Assembly (NCBI GenBank): GCA_000004985.1
Contig: GG738862.1
Length of the DNA stretch: 64,000 nt
Direction: 5' to 3' (one strand)
Origin: Naegleria gruberi
Lineage: Eukaryota
Shown in pieces: positions 1-12,235 of this stretch. Position numbers and translations under genes: made by a program. The notes beneath the pieces are model-generated. The model made no database searches and had not been told where the DNA came from. It saw only the letters and a program-made list of their open reading frames with translations. How positions within the stretch are numbered: position 1 is the first letter of the stretch; every line of letters starts with the position of its first letter.

Positions 1-555
1 GCAAACAGTTACTGAGCCACCAATGGTGAAAGTTTTCCATAAGAAACGACCACTCTTTGCCAATTCTTCTCTTTCACTTTCAGTGAATCTATTAATTGGA
101 GTATTACTCATATCAAATCTTCCACATAAATTCACAACAATTCCATTTTGTACATATTGGGGATACTTGTTTGAGTATAAGAGAACAACATTTCCTCCTT
201 TCGAATGTCCACAAAGTGAAATTTGCTCATATTTCAAAGTATCTTTGAGATACATGACAATGGAGTGAAGATCTTCAACTTCTTTATAATAATTTGAATA
301 GGAAAATTCACCTTCACTTTCTCCATTACCTGAAAAATCAAATCTAAATGTATCAAAATGTTCATCAAATAATTTAGGGAATATTAAATAGTTTTTATGG
401 CAAGCCAAACCATGACAAAGAATTAGAATTGGTTTTTTGGTAGTACTAGCTGATGATGATTCATTGGCACCTTGTCGGAGTATTCCGAGCATGGTCTCAT
501 TACTAGAGTTTTTAACGTGATGAATGGATTCGTGGAAGGTTTGAGTTGTGGCCAT
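1..555 (-). CDS. alpha/beta-hydrolase fold serine hydrolase, N-terminal 185 codons only (gene runs off the window start)
   Basis: Own translation of the minus strand from the ATG at 553-555 gives MATTQTFHESIHHVKN...KKPILILCHGLACHKNYLIF...ISLCGHSKGGNVVLLYSNKYP. GHSKGG is a G-x-S-x-G nucleophile elbow. The frame stays open to position 1. It is absent from the ORF track only because it is truncated at the window edge. Confidence 0.55.
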   Translation of the reverse strand, partial: MATTQTFHESIHHVKNSSNETMLGILRQGANESSSASTTKKPILILCHGLACHKNYLIFPKLFDEHFDTFRFDFSGNGESEGEFSYSNYYKEVEDLHSIVMYLKDTLKYEQISLCGHSKGGNVVLLYSNKYPQYVQNGIVVNLCGRFDMSNTPINRFTESEREELAKSGRFLWKTFTIGGSVTVC

Positions 556-675
556 TTTTTTTCTAGATTTGATTGAGAAATTGATTTGGTTTCGGAGCAT
601 TAAATAATATTCGCCTCTACATTTGTTGGGTTCAGAAAAAGTTGAAAGTTTGTTGTTCGAAATCAAGTGATGTTG

Positions 676-3255
676 TTATTTCTCAATTGTTGAATTGAGT
701 TTGAGTTTGACAATTTCCATCTCTGATTTGTGAACTCGCCTTACTTCCTCTTTCATTTCCTTATATTCTTCTGATCTGAGGAATCTGCTGTATGTATCCA
801 TCATGACTCCCTTTACTTGGATGAGAAGATCATCAAAGAATTTTTCTCCTTCTTCCAAATCGTACATTAAGCTTGCTAGTGTTGGTGATGTTTTGTTAAC
901 TTGATCTGATATTTCAGATTGCAAGTAGGAATCACTCTTTCTTCTATTACTTTTAAGGAAGGTATGATCTTCGTGGAAACTCATATCTTCAAGGCCATCC
1001 TCATCCATATCATGAGATGTTGCCAAATCATCTTCTGTATTGTCACCGGTTGAACTCGAGTTGCTTCCTTCACTCGTTACATTACTTCCATAAGGGTCAG
1101 ATTTGGAATTATCATCACTTCCAGTACTTGAAGTACTTGGATTCTTTGATTTGCATTTTCCTCCATGATGACTGTCATTATCCAGAAACAATACTTCCAT
1201 TTCAGAGTCACTTCCATCAGATAGGGCATCCTCATCATGTTCGTCGCCATTTGAGTGTGTGCTGGCCTTTCTATGTTGTGGATATGAAGTTCTATGAATA
1301 TAATCTTCCATATATTGCTTTTCTTCTCTTTCTTTTTCCATCTCGTAATCTCTAAGTTTATAGTATTTATCAAGGAGCTTTTTTCTTTGAACTGAAGATA
1401 AATTGACTTCAAAAGGAGCACCATGAATAATAAATGTATCTATCACATACTGTCTCATAATCTTGGATTTTTTCAAATCAACCTTAGCTTCAGGTAAATA
1501 AAACCTTGTCAAATAAATATACAATTTCACATTTTCCAGTGAGAGTTCTTTGCTTGCAAATTTCATGAAATATTTGAGAGCGTAATCGTTTTGAAGTACA
1601 TCCTTAAACTCTGATTGCTCAGCTCCAGCAAGATTAGCAAGACTAATCATGAAATTATTTGTTCTTGGTGAAAGAACTGCCAAATCTGATTGAGAGCCTC
1701 CTTTAATAACATCCAAAAGAGTTGTATCTGTTGGTACTTTGTATTTTTGACCTGAAGTTTTTTGAAGAGGTGTATTAAATAGGGCAGAAGATGAGGATGA
1801 GGTCTTTAACTCTGGTTCTCGATTCTTGATTTCCTTCCTTTCCTTATATAAAGTATCTGTTTTCAATTCAAGAAAATCAATAACTTTCTTTTGATGATGA
1901 ATATTTGCAAGCATGTGGCTGTTAGATTTTTCCAAATGTTTCATCTTTTCCTCTAGAATGTGAAATTTCTTTTCCAAAGAAGAATAATCCTTTTTAAAGC
2001 TGGAATTTACACTATGACCATACTTTTGAAGAGTTCCATGAATGGATTTGTATAAATCATAGATATGATGATGAGCTTCGAATATTTCTTGATTAATTTC
2101 ACTACTTTTAGATACCTTAACCTCATCCACTGAGTAAGGTACATTGAGACGTTGTTGAATCACATCAGCCTCTGCATGTGAAGAGGAGGTGCTATTAGGT
2201 GACATTAATCTATTTCCAGATCTATTGTTACTATTTGTTGGTATTTGAGAAGATGAAAAGGGCGATGGTGGAGAACTTCCTTGTGGTGTTGATGGTTCTG
2301 ATGGAGTTTTTGGTGTTTGAATTTGTCTTCTCATAACACCCATAAATCTGTACTTGTCTCTATCAGTACTGCCTGGAATTTCTCCAAGAGACAATCTTAC
2401 TTCTGCCACTTGACCATTAGATAATTTGGCAGGAAGAGCACGAGGTTTACCAATCAAATGTTTGTTTCCAGTTTTTCTAAACCTTTGCATAAATTCATCG
2501 TGATTTTTAGCAACTTCGAAAGGCATTAGGATTTTGATATCCTTTCCAATAATATCTTTTTTCTTATATCCAAAAAAGCTCTCTGCTTGTGTATTGTAAG
2601 CTGTTATAGTTCCATAAGCATCACTCACAATAACAATATCAATCATGGCCTCAATAGTTGATAAAATGGCATTTGCTTGGGTTGATGTTGGATTATTGAG
2701 AGCATCTGAAGCTGTTGGTACTTGAGGTTTTTTCTGCAAGTATTGGTTAAGAAGATTCATCCACAATTTCTTTTCTTCTGCTGATGTTGCCATAAGAAAC
2801 CTTGGTGACAGTTTCTTTTTATCTATTGTTGATGATGATTTTGCTGTTGTTGTTGGGTGTTGTTTCTCGTTTAAAAACTCATCCATTTCCTCTATAATTT
2901 TGGCTGCATGCTCATCGTCGATTTTTGGTGTCCTTGAAATATTCTTATTTGGATTTTCATCAAAGAAGAAACCTATTGTGTTCTTCTTTCCGGTCATATC
3001 ATCGGAAGAAATTATTTGGGTAACGACAATATCATATCTTTCAATATTGTCATTGGTGTTGAGTGGAAATACTTCTCTCACCTCAACTTTTCCACTCGAA
3101 GGATGATGTTTCACTCTGTAAACACAATTACCATCAAACATGTAGGAATGTACTTTCCATGATGAGAATAAACTATTCTTTTGTTTAAAGGCTCCTTGTT
3201 TGATGATAGTCTCTGTTGACTCTATAACATCTCCTGCTTTTACAACTGGTATCAT
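676..3255 (-). CDS. RGS-domain signalling protein with N-terminal PH-like domain and central PAS domain
   Basis: Long ORF with a TAA stop. The RGS motif is SEFKDVLQNDYALKYFMKFASKELSLENVKLYIYLTRFY...IMRQYVIDTFIIHGAPFEVNL. The PAS-like block is IVSDAYGTITAYNTQAESFFGYKKKDIIGKDIKILMPFEVAKNHDEFMQRF. The N-terminus WKVHSYMFDGNCVYRVKHH is PH-like. The track start is TTG; I placed the start at the first ATG (MIPVVKAGD). Confidence 0.75.
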   Translation of the reverse strand: MIPVVKAGDVIESTETIIKQGAFKQKNSLFSSWKVHSYMFDGNCVYRVKHHPSSGKVEVREVFPLNTNDNIERYDIVVTQIISSDDMTGKKNTIGFFFDENPNKNISRTPKIDDEHAAKIIEEMDEFLNEKQHPTTTAKSSSTIDKKKLSPRFLMATSAEEKKLWMNLLNQYLQKKPQVPTASDALNNPTSTQANAILSTIEAMIDIVIVSDAYGTITAYNTQAESFFGYKKKDIIGKDIKILMPFEVAKNHDEFMQRFRKTGNKHLIGKPRALPAKLSNGQVAEVRLSLGEIPGSTDRDKYRFMGVMRRQIQTPKTPSEPSTPQGSSPPSPFSSSQIPTNSNNRSGNRLMSPNSTSSSHAEADVIQQRLNVPYSVDEVKVSKSSEINQEIFEAHHHIYDLYKSIHGTLQKYGHSVNSSFKKDYSSLEKKFHILEEKMKHLEKSNSHMLANIHHQKKVIDFLELKTDTLYKERKEIKNREPELKTSSSSSALFNTPLQKTSGQKYKVPTDTTLLDVIKGGSQSDLAVLSPRTNNFMISLANLAGAEQSEFKDVLQNDYALKYFMKFASKELSLENVKLYIYLTRFYLPEAKVDLKKSKIMRQYVIDTFIIHGAPFEVNLSSVQRKKLLDKYYKLRDYEMEKEREEKQYMEDYIHRTSYPQHRKASTHSNGDEHDEDALSDGSDSEMEVLFLDNDSHHGGKCKSKNPSTSSTGSDDNSKSDPYGSNVTSEGSNSSSTGDNTEDDLATSHDMDEDGLEDMSFHEDHTFLKSNRRKSDSYLQSEISDQVNKTSPTLASLMYDLEEGEKFFDDLLIQVKGVMMDTYSRFLRSEEYKEMKEEVRRVHKSEMEIVKLKLNSTIEK

Positions 3256-4360
3256 TGTTGAAAAGCCTATCAAAATTGCAAAATTGTTTTCTTTCTGACT
3301 AAAACAGTAGTTTCGAATATGTACACCCTTGCTGAAGTGAATCTTTTTCAGATATTCGAGCCTAATTTGTGAATTGTTTGTTCAACTTCCTTTCTTCCGT
3401 ATCAATGTGTGTGATATTTGTAGTGTTGATGTAAAGTGGAAGAATCTCTGTTGTGTGAATATGTTTCTTTTTTTTACGTATTTCATCGCACGAAGAAAGA
3501 GGCTATAAAAATTTGGATAAGGAAAGAAGGAGTTTGGAAGGGCCATCACGTGTTACTGAAAGAATGATGGCACAACCAAGTTAATTGGATAACACTCACA
3601 CTTTCAGATACAACTTTACAGAAATTCCTTATGTTTGTGTTGGTGGTAATGTGGTTTCCTTGATTACACTATTTGAAATGTGTTTACAAACCGTGGTTGT
3701 TTCTACCTTTGGACAATTGTGTAATTGTATAATTTTAGAAATAATAGTGGCCTGATGTAATGTCAGTTCAAATCGCTTGGTATTTTGCCGGATATCGAAT
3801 TGTTGCCACTTGACAATGAACAAAATGTGAGTTACATTTTAGGAAGTGGTTGAGAAAGGTATTCGAAAGATGTGTATTAATTCCTTAATGTGTCCAATAA
3901 GATATTCCCTTATTGTTAGAATGAGAATAATAATCGATTACTGATTGACATTACTTTGTTTACCGTAATAAATCTAACCTCTTACTGAAGATCCTTTGAT
4001 TTGGACCACCTCCTTAAACCATCAGGTACTCTGGATACAATATACAACAATGAAGGAATGCAAAGTGGATTCTCCATAGAAATCATTCCGATGCTAAAAG
4101 ACGAATAAGATGTTTGCTCGATGGTAATAAACGGACATTAAACTACAACGTCTTTGGCTACAACGTTAAGATTTTTTTTCGAATTGCTTGAAGAGCGCCA
4201 AATAGTATTTTCCCTTATGCTCACAATCAATTTAAAAAGAATATTCAAAAAAACAAAAGGCTTCAAATTCTTCTTCAAAAGTAACATCAAACTCTCTGAT
4301 TTGTGTTATTATTAATTTGGAATTTTTATAGATAGAATATATTATTGATTAATTGTGTTG

Positions 4361-6037
4361 ATGATAAGAGGAGCCTTTCAACCGGTTGAATCTTCTTCAT
4401 CTGTGTTTGATGATGAATCATCACCAGCCTTGTCTTTCGGAGGAATGTTGAATTGGAGTGATGATGAAGAAGATCATCAGATGGAGAGAACAATTCTTCG
4501 ACCACATTCAATACGTTCATTTGCAAGGGAAATTGATAATAATAATGATGGACAGGATCATGAGGATTTGAAAAAGACAACATCCCAATCAACTATGATT
4601 GAAAATTACTATCATCAAACTTGTACAACACTTGCTAATAGAGATTTGGATAGTTGGGATGCTGATGATGTACATGCTAACTGTCTGTTGAGATTATTAC
4701 CACCAGAAATGTGTTATTTGATTCTGACGTTTGTAGATTTTCAAACACTTTTGAATTGTCAACTTGTATCAAGAGAATGGTATCAATTTACTAATAACTG
4801 CGAGATTTGGTCTCCTTTTTATCATTTGAAGGGATATTCTCCCAGAAATTCATTTGACGAAACTCAAGGTGTGACTAACCGTTTAACAATGAATGAGTTT
4901 ACAATATTTGATAAGGATGGAGGAGTGGTAAATCCAAGACAAAAACATCTCTCTGAAGAATACCTATCATGGATGCTACAAGAAAGAGACTTTGATGAAT
5001 CGCCAAAGTCTGAACCTGGAGGATCAGGTTATCGATCATTGTTTTTATACAAAGCCTCACAACGATTCGAAAAAAAGACGAGAAAGAATGAATTAATAGA
5101 CATGTATTATAACTTGAACAGATTGGTAACTTATTTACCAGCATTGAAAAGAATCAGTTATTGGTGCTTCTCAATTGGTATTTTGATATTTTCGATTTTA
5201 TTTCCTTTATTAATGGATGATGAAGGAAAATTCAAGAATATTGAGAATTTAGGATTTTATTATTTTATTTATGTATTAGCTTGCTATGGTCCTGTATTTA
5301 TTGGGCATGCTAGTTGTTTGGTATTATGTTATTGGGTGTACAGGAAACATGTGAATCTTTCATATCATGACCAAAGTGAAAGATTGCTCATATTTTCAAT
5401 GACTAATGCCACTAGTTATTTGTTGGATGTTACATTTGAAACTCAATTATTGTGTTCTGTTCCTTTTAGTTTCTGCATACCTATATTTATGAGAATATTT
5501 GACTGGGGACATACAGTTTCAATGTTTCCCTTACTAACTACTATCATGGCACAAAAGTTCTTTTACTTTGTCTATGAAGTACAAAGAGAGAAAATATTGA
5601 AAAGGAAAAAGTGGGAAACTCTCAGAGCTGTTAATACTGTCTTATTGTTCCAGGTTGCCCTCATTTGTTTCAAACTTGACAAGATGTTGGTATTACGTTA
5701 TGTATTTGGAGATATTGTGATGGGTTTAAATTGGAGAATGATTTTCATTCCAGCTCATATATTTGGATTTATTTATTGCATGACAAATATTCATGCATTA
5801 CAGATTAAGAAGCATTTCTTTAGTATGCAACGTAATAATGAGGCAATTACCAGAAAGTGCATTATGTTTGGAGCATGTTTAGCATTTTACCTATTCTTCT
5901 TTTACATGTTTGGTTTAAAGTTAGATATGGGTGACAAGTTAGATTATTCCTTCTTGTACATTTTCGTTTATTGGTATGTTGTGAATATTATTTATGTACT
6001 TTTGAAGCAAGAAAGAATTCGTTCACACCTTATGTGA
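4361..6037 (+). CDS. F-box-like domain fused to a C-terminal polytopic (about 7-8 TM) membrane domain
   Basis: F-box consensus LLRLLPPEMCYLILTFVDFQTLLNCQLVSREWYQF. It is followed by many hydrophobic segments (ISYWCFSIGILIFSILFPLL, YYFIYVLACYGPVFIGHASCLVLCYWV and others). The track start is GTG; the first ATG is at 4361. Confidence 0.55.
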   Translation: MIRGAFQPVESSSSVFDDESSPALSFGGMLNWSDDEEDHQMERTILRPHSIRSFAREIDNNNDGQDHEDLKKTTSQSTMIENYYHQTCTTLANRDLDSWDADDVHANCLLRLLPPEMCYLILTFVDFQTLLNCQLVSREWYQFTNNCEIWSPFYHLKGYSPRNSFDETQGVTNRLTMNEFTIFDKDGGVVNPRQKHLSEEYLSWMLQERDFDESPKSEPGGSGYRSLFLYKASQRFEKKTRKNELIDMYYNLNRLVTYLPALKRISYWCFSIGILIFSILFPLLMDDEGKFKNIENLGFYYFIYVLACYGPVFIGHASCLVLCYWVYRKHVNLSYHDQSERLLIFSMTNATSYLLDVTFETQLLCSVPFSFCIPIFMRIFDWGHTVSMFPLLTTIMAQKFFYFVYEVQREKILKRKKWETLRAVNTVLLFQVALICFKLDKMLVLRYVFGDIVMGLNWRMIFIPAHIFGFIYCMTNIHALQIKKHFFSMQRNNEAITRKCIMFGACLAFYLFFFYMFGLKLDMGDKLDYSFLYIFVYWYVVNIIYVLLKQERIRSHLM

Positions 6038-6039
6038 GT

Positions 6040-9000
6040 TTATTTCTCGTAACTTAAGATTAAATCTACCTTTGTAACATCAGCTGTTTTCTTATTTGGA
6101 GATCTGAGTCGTTCTATTGAAGTGTTCACATCAATAGGTTGATTTTTCTCGGTAAGACTTTCAATTCCAGCAATAATTGACAGATAATCGTATTTCATCT
6201 TATCTATATATGGCATTTCACTATTGTAACTGAGATTGTCATTGTGATCCTTTTTCAATTTCCTATTCAATTTTTCACATTCGGTACCAAGTATGCTTAA
6301 TCTCTTGAACAGAGTTGATCTGAGCTTTTGCTCTTGTACCTTATCAGAAAAAGTGGTCAGCTTCTGAATATTTGAGTTTAGGGTATTCTCAAATTCTTTC
6401 AACTCCATAAGAACGGTTTCTCTTGCAGCAACAACGGTTGCTCCCTGTTTCCATGTCTTGTAGGCATCTTTCATCAAATTTACATTACCAATATATTTAG
6501 AGCTACCATACCTTTGGTATAATTTGATTTTAAAGCCAGCTGGTATTAACAAATCATCCCAAACTTGTTCTAACTTTTCCAATAATGTAACACTATCAAA
6601 TCTATCAACATTATTGTCGAGTCTCCTAGGCGAGTCATCACCTGTGAAGAGAGTTGAGTTGTCGAACATATTTTGAAAAATGGATGTTTTGATTGCCCAT
6701 TTTCCAGAATGTGGATTTTTCTTTTCTGAAGATGGTAAAGACCTACGAGATCTTGGAGTTTTAGTACTTCTTGGGCTATCATCCTTCAAAATAATTGAAG
6801 TGGAAGATCTAATAGACACTCTTAAAATATCAGAATTTGTATCAGCTTCAGATAATGGGGTTGTCATTGACTGGTTCAATTGATTAGATAATTCTAAATT
6901 CTTAGCTGTTAGTTTTACAGGGGATGAGGATTTTTTAGGTTCAACCGGAGGTGGAGTTTCGTTTCTCTCTGAAGCTCTCGATGTATTCCTTGAGTTTTGA
7001 CTATTGGTTGTCGTTCCACTAGCACTACTTGTAGATCTCTTTTGAAGAGTGTACCTTCTAAGATTCTTAGATTTTTTCTCATGAATAGAAGTAACATCAG
7101 GGGTAGTTCTCTTTTTAGATGATGGTTTCTTAATCTTAATGTTATCATGGTCATTGCTCTTTGTACTGATCATGGATGAGTCAGAATTCATGGAATGTAA
7201 ACTAATAGCATCACTACCAGGTGTACCAATATTCACCTCTTCTGGATGATATTGTGGTTTTGGAGTTGGAGCAATTGGTTCCTGATGATCTTCTTTCACC
7301 TCTAAATCATGGTCTTCTTCATTGTCATTGGACATATCTTCATGCATAACAGCATCCTCACTAAATGTATTACTTCCTTGTCGAGATAAACTCTTATGTT
7401 CAATATCAGAGATTTGGTCTAGAATGGAATCGTCTGTTTGTTTGCTCTTGGTAACAGATTGATTCTCATCCGCGTAATCATTACTATGATCACTTCCAGT
7501 AAACATTAAACTATTCTCAGAGGCCATTATATCGGGCATAGGTTGTGTCGTATCGATCTTTGTTTTCGAAGAAATAACTGGTTCGTTTGTGCTTTTAGTT
7601 GGGAAATAAGGTATTCCTTTTGGTGGCTCAATATAATAAGATCTTTGATATTCAAGAGGTGGTTTTTCAGGAATATCACCAACAACAAGAGTCTTTTTAA
7701 GAACAGGGTCTTTTGATTTGGTTGATCTTGAAGTTGGAAGATCTGTAGGAATTCTTGGTGTTGACTTATTATGCTTGCTTCCTTTCAAGTTTGATTTACT
7801 GGTCCTGTGGTCGTTCTCTCGTTTGATTATATTCGCAAATAAATCAATTTCCTTCTCCTTTCTAACTTCAGTGTCAATGTGATCTCTTGGAAGATTTTCC
7901 TCCATCGTGTCACTGTCGTGTTTCCAATCTGTATTCTTAATATAGTTTGTTATATCCAAAAGGCCACGTTTTTCCAAGAATGATTGTACTAATTCTTGTT
8001 TTCCAGTTTCTTTCAAGGATTTTTCTTTAATTGCCTTCTCAAATTTGAATTTTTGTTTCTCTTTTTGAACTATTTGTTTGAACACATCCTGTGTATATGT
8101 GTTACAATGGTTGATATAATTAATAATAATAAATAAAACATGTTTGATTCTTGAAACTCTTCGTCTCTTGAGCTCTAAATTATGAGACAGCATAGTTGGA
8201 GACATACGTTCTCCACTATCGCTGTCATCCTCGTCATCATCCTCATCAGGATTTTTCCACTCAGAGAATGTATTAATCTTTGGAAGTTTTAACTCTTCCT
8301 CCTCGTCATCTTCATTAGTATTCAATTTTGGTTTCTTAATTTCATCAATAACTACTTCTTTGTAATGCTCGAATAAATTATTCATTAAAACCTCATTCTC
8401 GAAGAAAATATTTACATAAAATTTGGCTAATTTGATTATGTGCTCGTGTCTATTAATGTTAAGGGTTGAAGAGAGTTTCATGGACCACATGAGCAGAACT
8501 TCAGCTCCTTGAGACCACTCTCTTTTTGTTCTTGGATTCCAATCAAATGGAATACACTTCAAAATGGTGACCATTGTTGTTGCCATATCATCCAAAACTG
8601 AATATCTTGGAGTCACAGCACTAATTAATTTGTTTTCGTTCATCTTTTTCATTTCATTACACATATCTACAATTAATTTTTCCAATGATTGACACATTTC
8701 AGTTATGTACTTGTCTCTTTCTTGCCATTCCTCGTCTTTCATCAGCTTTTGCTTTGCAGAGAAAAGCTGCTCAAACTGGCCTTGATTTTTCTCTTCCTTG
8801 TATCTCTCAAGAGTATCCATAGTAAGTTTGGTATTCTTAATGTTAGCTTGGGTGAGATTTTGTTTCTGTTTCTCAATTTCTTTAGGATTGAATTCTTTGA
8901 ATTCTTGCATCAAGAATTGTTCTCTTTGAGAAAATATATCTGGATCTGTTTTCGTATCCAATGTTCCATATAAGAACGCATCCAAAGTGTTGTCCTTTAA

Positions 9001-10391
9001 AATTCCACCATCTGCGAATGCTGGTTTTACATTTAAATAACATAAAATGTCCTCTTCCTCTTGAAGTTCTTCCAACTCCAAAATCTTTTCCAACATTTGA
9101 GAAATACTGTAATCCAGAGAGGGCATTATTTCTGTCAGAGTCTTCTCACCACAATTTGTAGGATCATATTTTGTTAACTCCATAATTTTAGTAGCTGTAG
9201 TGTTAATTTGTTCAGCTTCTGTTTGTTTTGAAGCCTCTGAAAGTTTTCTCTTTCTTGCCTCCAAAATGTGCTTCTGTTTATCCCTTAGAGACACGGGATC
9301 ATCTTTTACTTTCACTTTTTTATCTACTGCAGAAGGTTTTTCCTGTTTTCCTCTGTCCTTATGAATTCGTGGACCATTCGATCCAACATCTCCCAAATCC
9401 CTGTCCATAACCATCTTAACCTCTTCACTTAAGAAGGGATTTCTAGAAAGTGTTGTGGCAGGTGTCATATTATAGGACAAGATCTTATCCAAAAATTTGG
9501 TTTGGTTTGTTTCCTCGAATGATTTGAAAACCCTCTTTTCAGAAGCAGTTGGAACTTTAGTTAATACAGAGCTTGGGTTCTGAGGTTTCTCATCATCATT
9601 GGTAGAGTACAATCCAGAGAGAAAACCATATTGAAAGTCTTCTTTCTTTCCAGGCATACTTTTTTGTCGGGGAGTGATATTTCCAGGAGGTCCACTTCTC
9701 GGTTTCAAATGTTGGTTGTTCAAGAGCTTTTTGTCAAAATTCTTATCTTCCATAAGAATGTCTCTAATTTTTGATGGATCAAATCTACATATTTGAATTA
9801 GTAATTGAATGTCTATCACACATACTTTGAAAAAGAGCATCGAGCAATATTTTGAATTCTAATCTTGTTTGTTTCCTCATCAAATACTCCTTTTTTCATC
9901 ATTGTTTTATATTTTCGACTCATATCATCAACAATTTTTTCCTTATGCATTTCAATTGCTCTCTTAATTGCTTTATCTCGATTATTTGCTGCTACAAGCG
10001 GATTATATGATCCAATATTACTAGTAAATTGTATTCCAATTTCCGCCTTCATTAAATTATCAAATTCCTTCATATCAATATCGGTCTTTCTTGTCGGAAG
10101 ACCAGCACCAACAATATCCGTAACTTTTGTTGAAGTAACACTTAAGGCATTATAAAAAGCATCAACATCCTCATATTCCTTATCAACTCTCCATCCTTCA
10201 TTCTTGTTAGGTATTTCAAAAGTAATTGAATATCCCTCTCCATCCAAATTTACAGTTTCCTTAGTCTCTTGTTTTTCATCCTCATCCGATAACCCCAATC
10301 TAGAAGTAAGGGCTTTATAATTCAAACTCGTATTGACCCTCTTCAAAGAAATTGGATTAACCAGCGATGTGGATGAGGCATATCCACTCAT
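6040..10391 (-). CDS. large (about 1436 aa) low-complexity/coiled-coil protein of unknown function; two exons joined by a 41-nt intron at 9785..9825
   Basis: The 191-aa and 1266-aa track ORFs are joined by a GTATGTG...TATGTAG intron. Exon 1 ends in phase 2 and the junction codon is aaa. The spliced sequence reads ...ARCSFS-K-FDPSKIRDILMEDK. ATG at 10389-10391, TAA stop at 6040. It has acidic and Ser/Thr-rich tracts. I recognised no known domain. Confidence 0.5.
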
Positions 10392-10673
10392 TTTTTAAAT
10401 TAATTTCATTTGATTTAAATTTGGCGCGCTCATAAAACTGTAAATTTCTCATACTGTAAAACCCCAGCCGTAAGACTCATTCAGTAGTAAAAAAACCATC
10501 AACTATCGAAATGAGTCGGAAAGATGTAACGAATCATCTCTTTGAATTCTCTCTTTACAAGGGTAACAGTTCTTTTTTTTATTGTTACCTATTGACGAGT
10601 GAGTGATTGATTTCCCGCCTTTCCTTCTTTGGCTTTGGTGTGCTGAATTTTAAAAGAAAACACAACAGAAAAA

Positions 10674-11986
10674 ATGTATTATAGTAATAGCAACACAAGT
10701 GTTGCTTCTCCTTCCTCGAGTGATCAGAAAACAACAGCAATAATAGAGGAGAGTCAAGGCTCACGTTCGAATCTAGCTGTGGAGAATGGTACCTCTCCGA
10801 AACAAATATCACCTTCGGAAGAGAAGAATATCAAAATAATTTCAGCAAATAATTCGCAAGCCTTCATACAGAATAAGATTGCTGGGCATGCTATTGTGGA
10901 AGATTTGGAGTTGGGACTACATCATGACGAAGGGAAAACATCAAGATCGATATCAAATGCATCATCAATTAATTCAACATCTAAATTAATAGAAATGCAA
11001 GAAATGAAACATATTCCTTCAAAGTATATTGACTTTATAACTGCATTTGATTATTTTGTAAACAATGGAAAGGATGAATTGAATGAAATTAAGAAAAATA
11101 TCAAGTATTCACAAAAAGATGAATTATCAACAATTTCAGAAACTTACTGTTTTTGTCTTACAAAAAAGAAGAGAGTCCGTTTTGAAACTTTGGAAAATGA
11201 TCAATTGGAAGAGTTAAGGAACTATCTTGCACTCATGACTATTCCTTTCAAAAATTCAAATTCAGTACATGTCGACATTTGTATGGAGGTTTTTCATGCT
11301 GTGTTGGGCAAGGAAATCAATTTTGATAACTCAAAAGAGAATGAGGAAATTATAATTCACGACAAAAAAGAAAGTAAATCTCCAATCACAACGGAGTGGG
11401 AAACACTGGGATTTCTTGGGCCTAATCTTGAAGAAGAGTTCAGAGGTTTTGGAATATTTGGAGCCCTTATGCTACTCTATTTTTGCACCTATCATCAAGA
11501 GTTGAGTGAGAAGATTTACCAACTCTCCAAGGACGAGAAAAAACACTTTCCTTTTGTAATATCAGTTCTTCATCTTCTCAAAATAGGTAAGTTTCAAAAT
11601 TCCTACCAATTAGTTATATTCTCAAAATTACATTAGCAATGGATTTAGTAAAGAATAAGAGATTCAACAAGTATATCAATCAGAATCAAAGTGTAATATT
11701 TACTATTCAAGTGGTGCATGCAGATATATGCAGAGAATTTCTCAAACTGTGGACCAACAAGTCATATACAGAGTTGGACTTTCACCACGTTATTGAATCT
11801 TACACATTTGAAATTGTTAAGAAAGACTCTCTGGCCAAACAACTTCTCCTTCCCTCTTCAAAATCTAGAGAAAGGGCAGCCACCAAAGCAACCACAACAA
11901 CAACTCGCTCACCATCTCCTTCCTCACCCACCATTTCACACCAACAACCCTCAACCTCCCTCAAAAACAGAACTGTTTTCAAATAA
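10674..11986 (+). CDS. ELMO-domain protein (ELMOD-like); 2 exons, 50-nt intron at 11587..11636
   Basis: ELMO signature WETLGFLGPNLEEEFRGFGIFGALMLLYF. The GTAAGT...CATTAG intron joins ...HLLKI to A-MDLVKNKRF in frame (phase 1). ATG at 10674. Confidence 0.7.
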
Positions 11987-12235
11987 TCAATGAGTCTAAT
12001 ACCTCTATAAAATGGTGAATAATTCCCTTTCACCAAATAACAACTTTTTTCTAAAATCCAAACCTGTTCCATTTTAAGAACATTAAGGCTCTTCGCATCT
12101 CATCACATGCTTTAAGTTGGATGCACAATCTATTTTAAAAAACTAAAGCAACGTTGCCTCCATAACAATAGCCATATCAACAGGTGAAAATCGTCTTCCA
12201 CAAACAACACAAGCCACTAGAAATATATTCTCCAA

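Noticed and set aside
1017-1424. The ORFs 1017..1355 (+) and 1077..1424 (-) inside the RGS gene. Many similar 60-125-codon ORFs sit antisense or out of frame within other long genes, for example 6570..7154, 8689..9410, 14408..14785, 15905..16674, 19152..19776, 24311..24808, 25178..26128, 36000..36730, 46053..46415 and 61256..61546.
   Set aside because: They are shadow ORFs within or opposite well-supported long coding regions. Their translations are low-complexity with no motifs, and AT-rich DNA readily gives short stop-free frames on the opposite strand.
3546-3551. E-box CACGTG and TATAAAA at 3503 in the RGS/F-box-TM intergenic region
   Set aside because: Single short motifs in 1 kb of AT-rich DNA are expected by chance. 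They are not callable as regulatory sites without further evidence.
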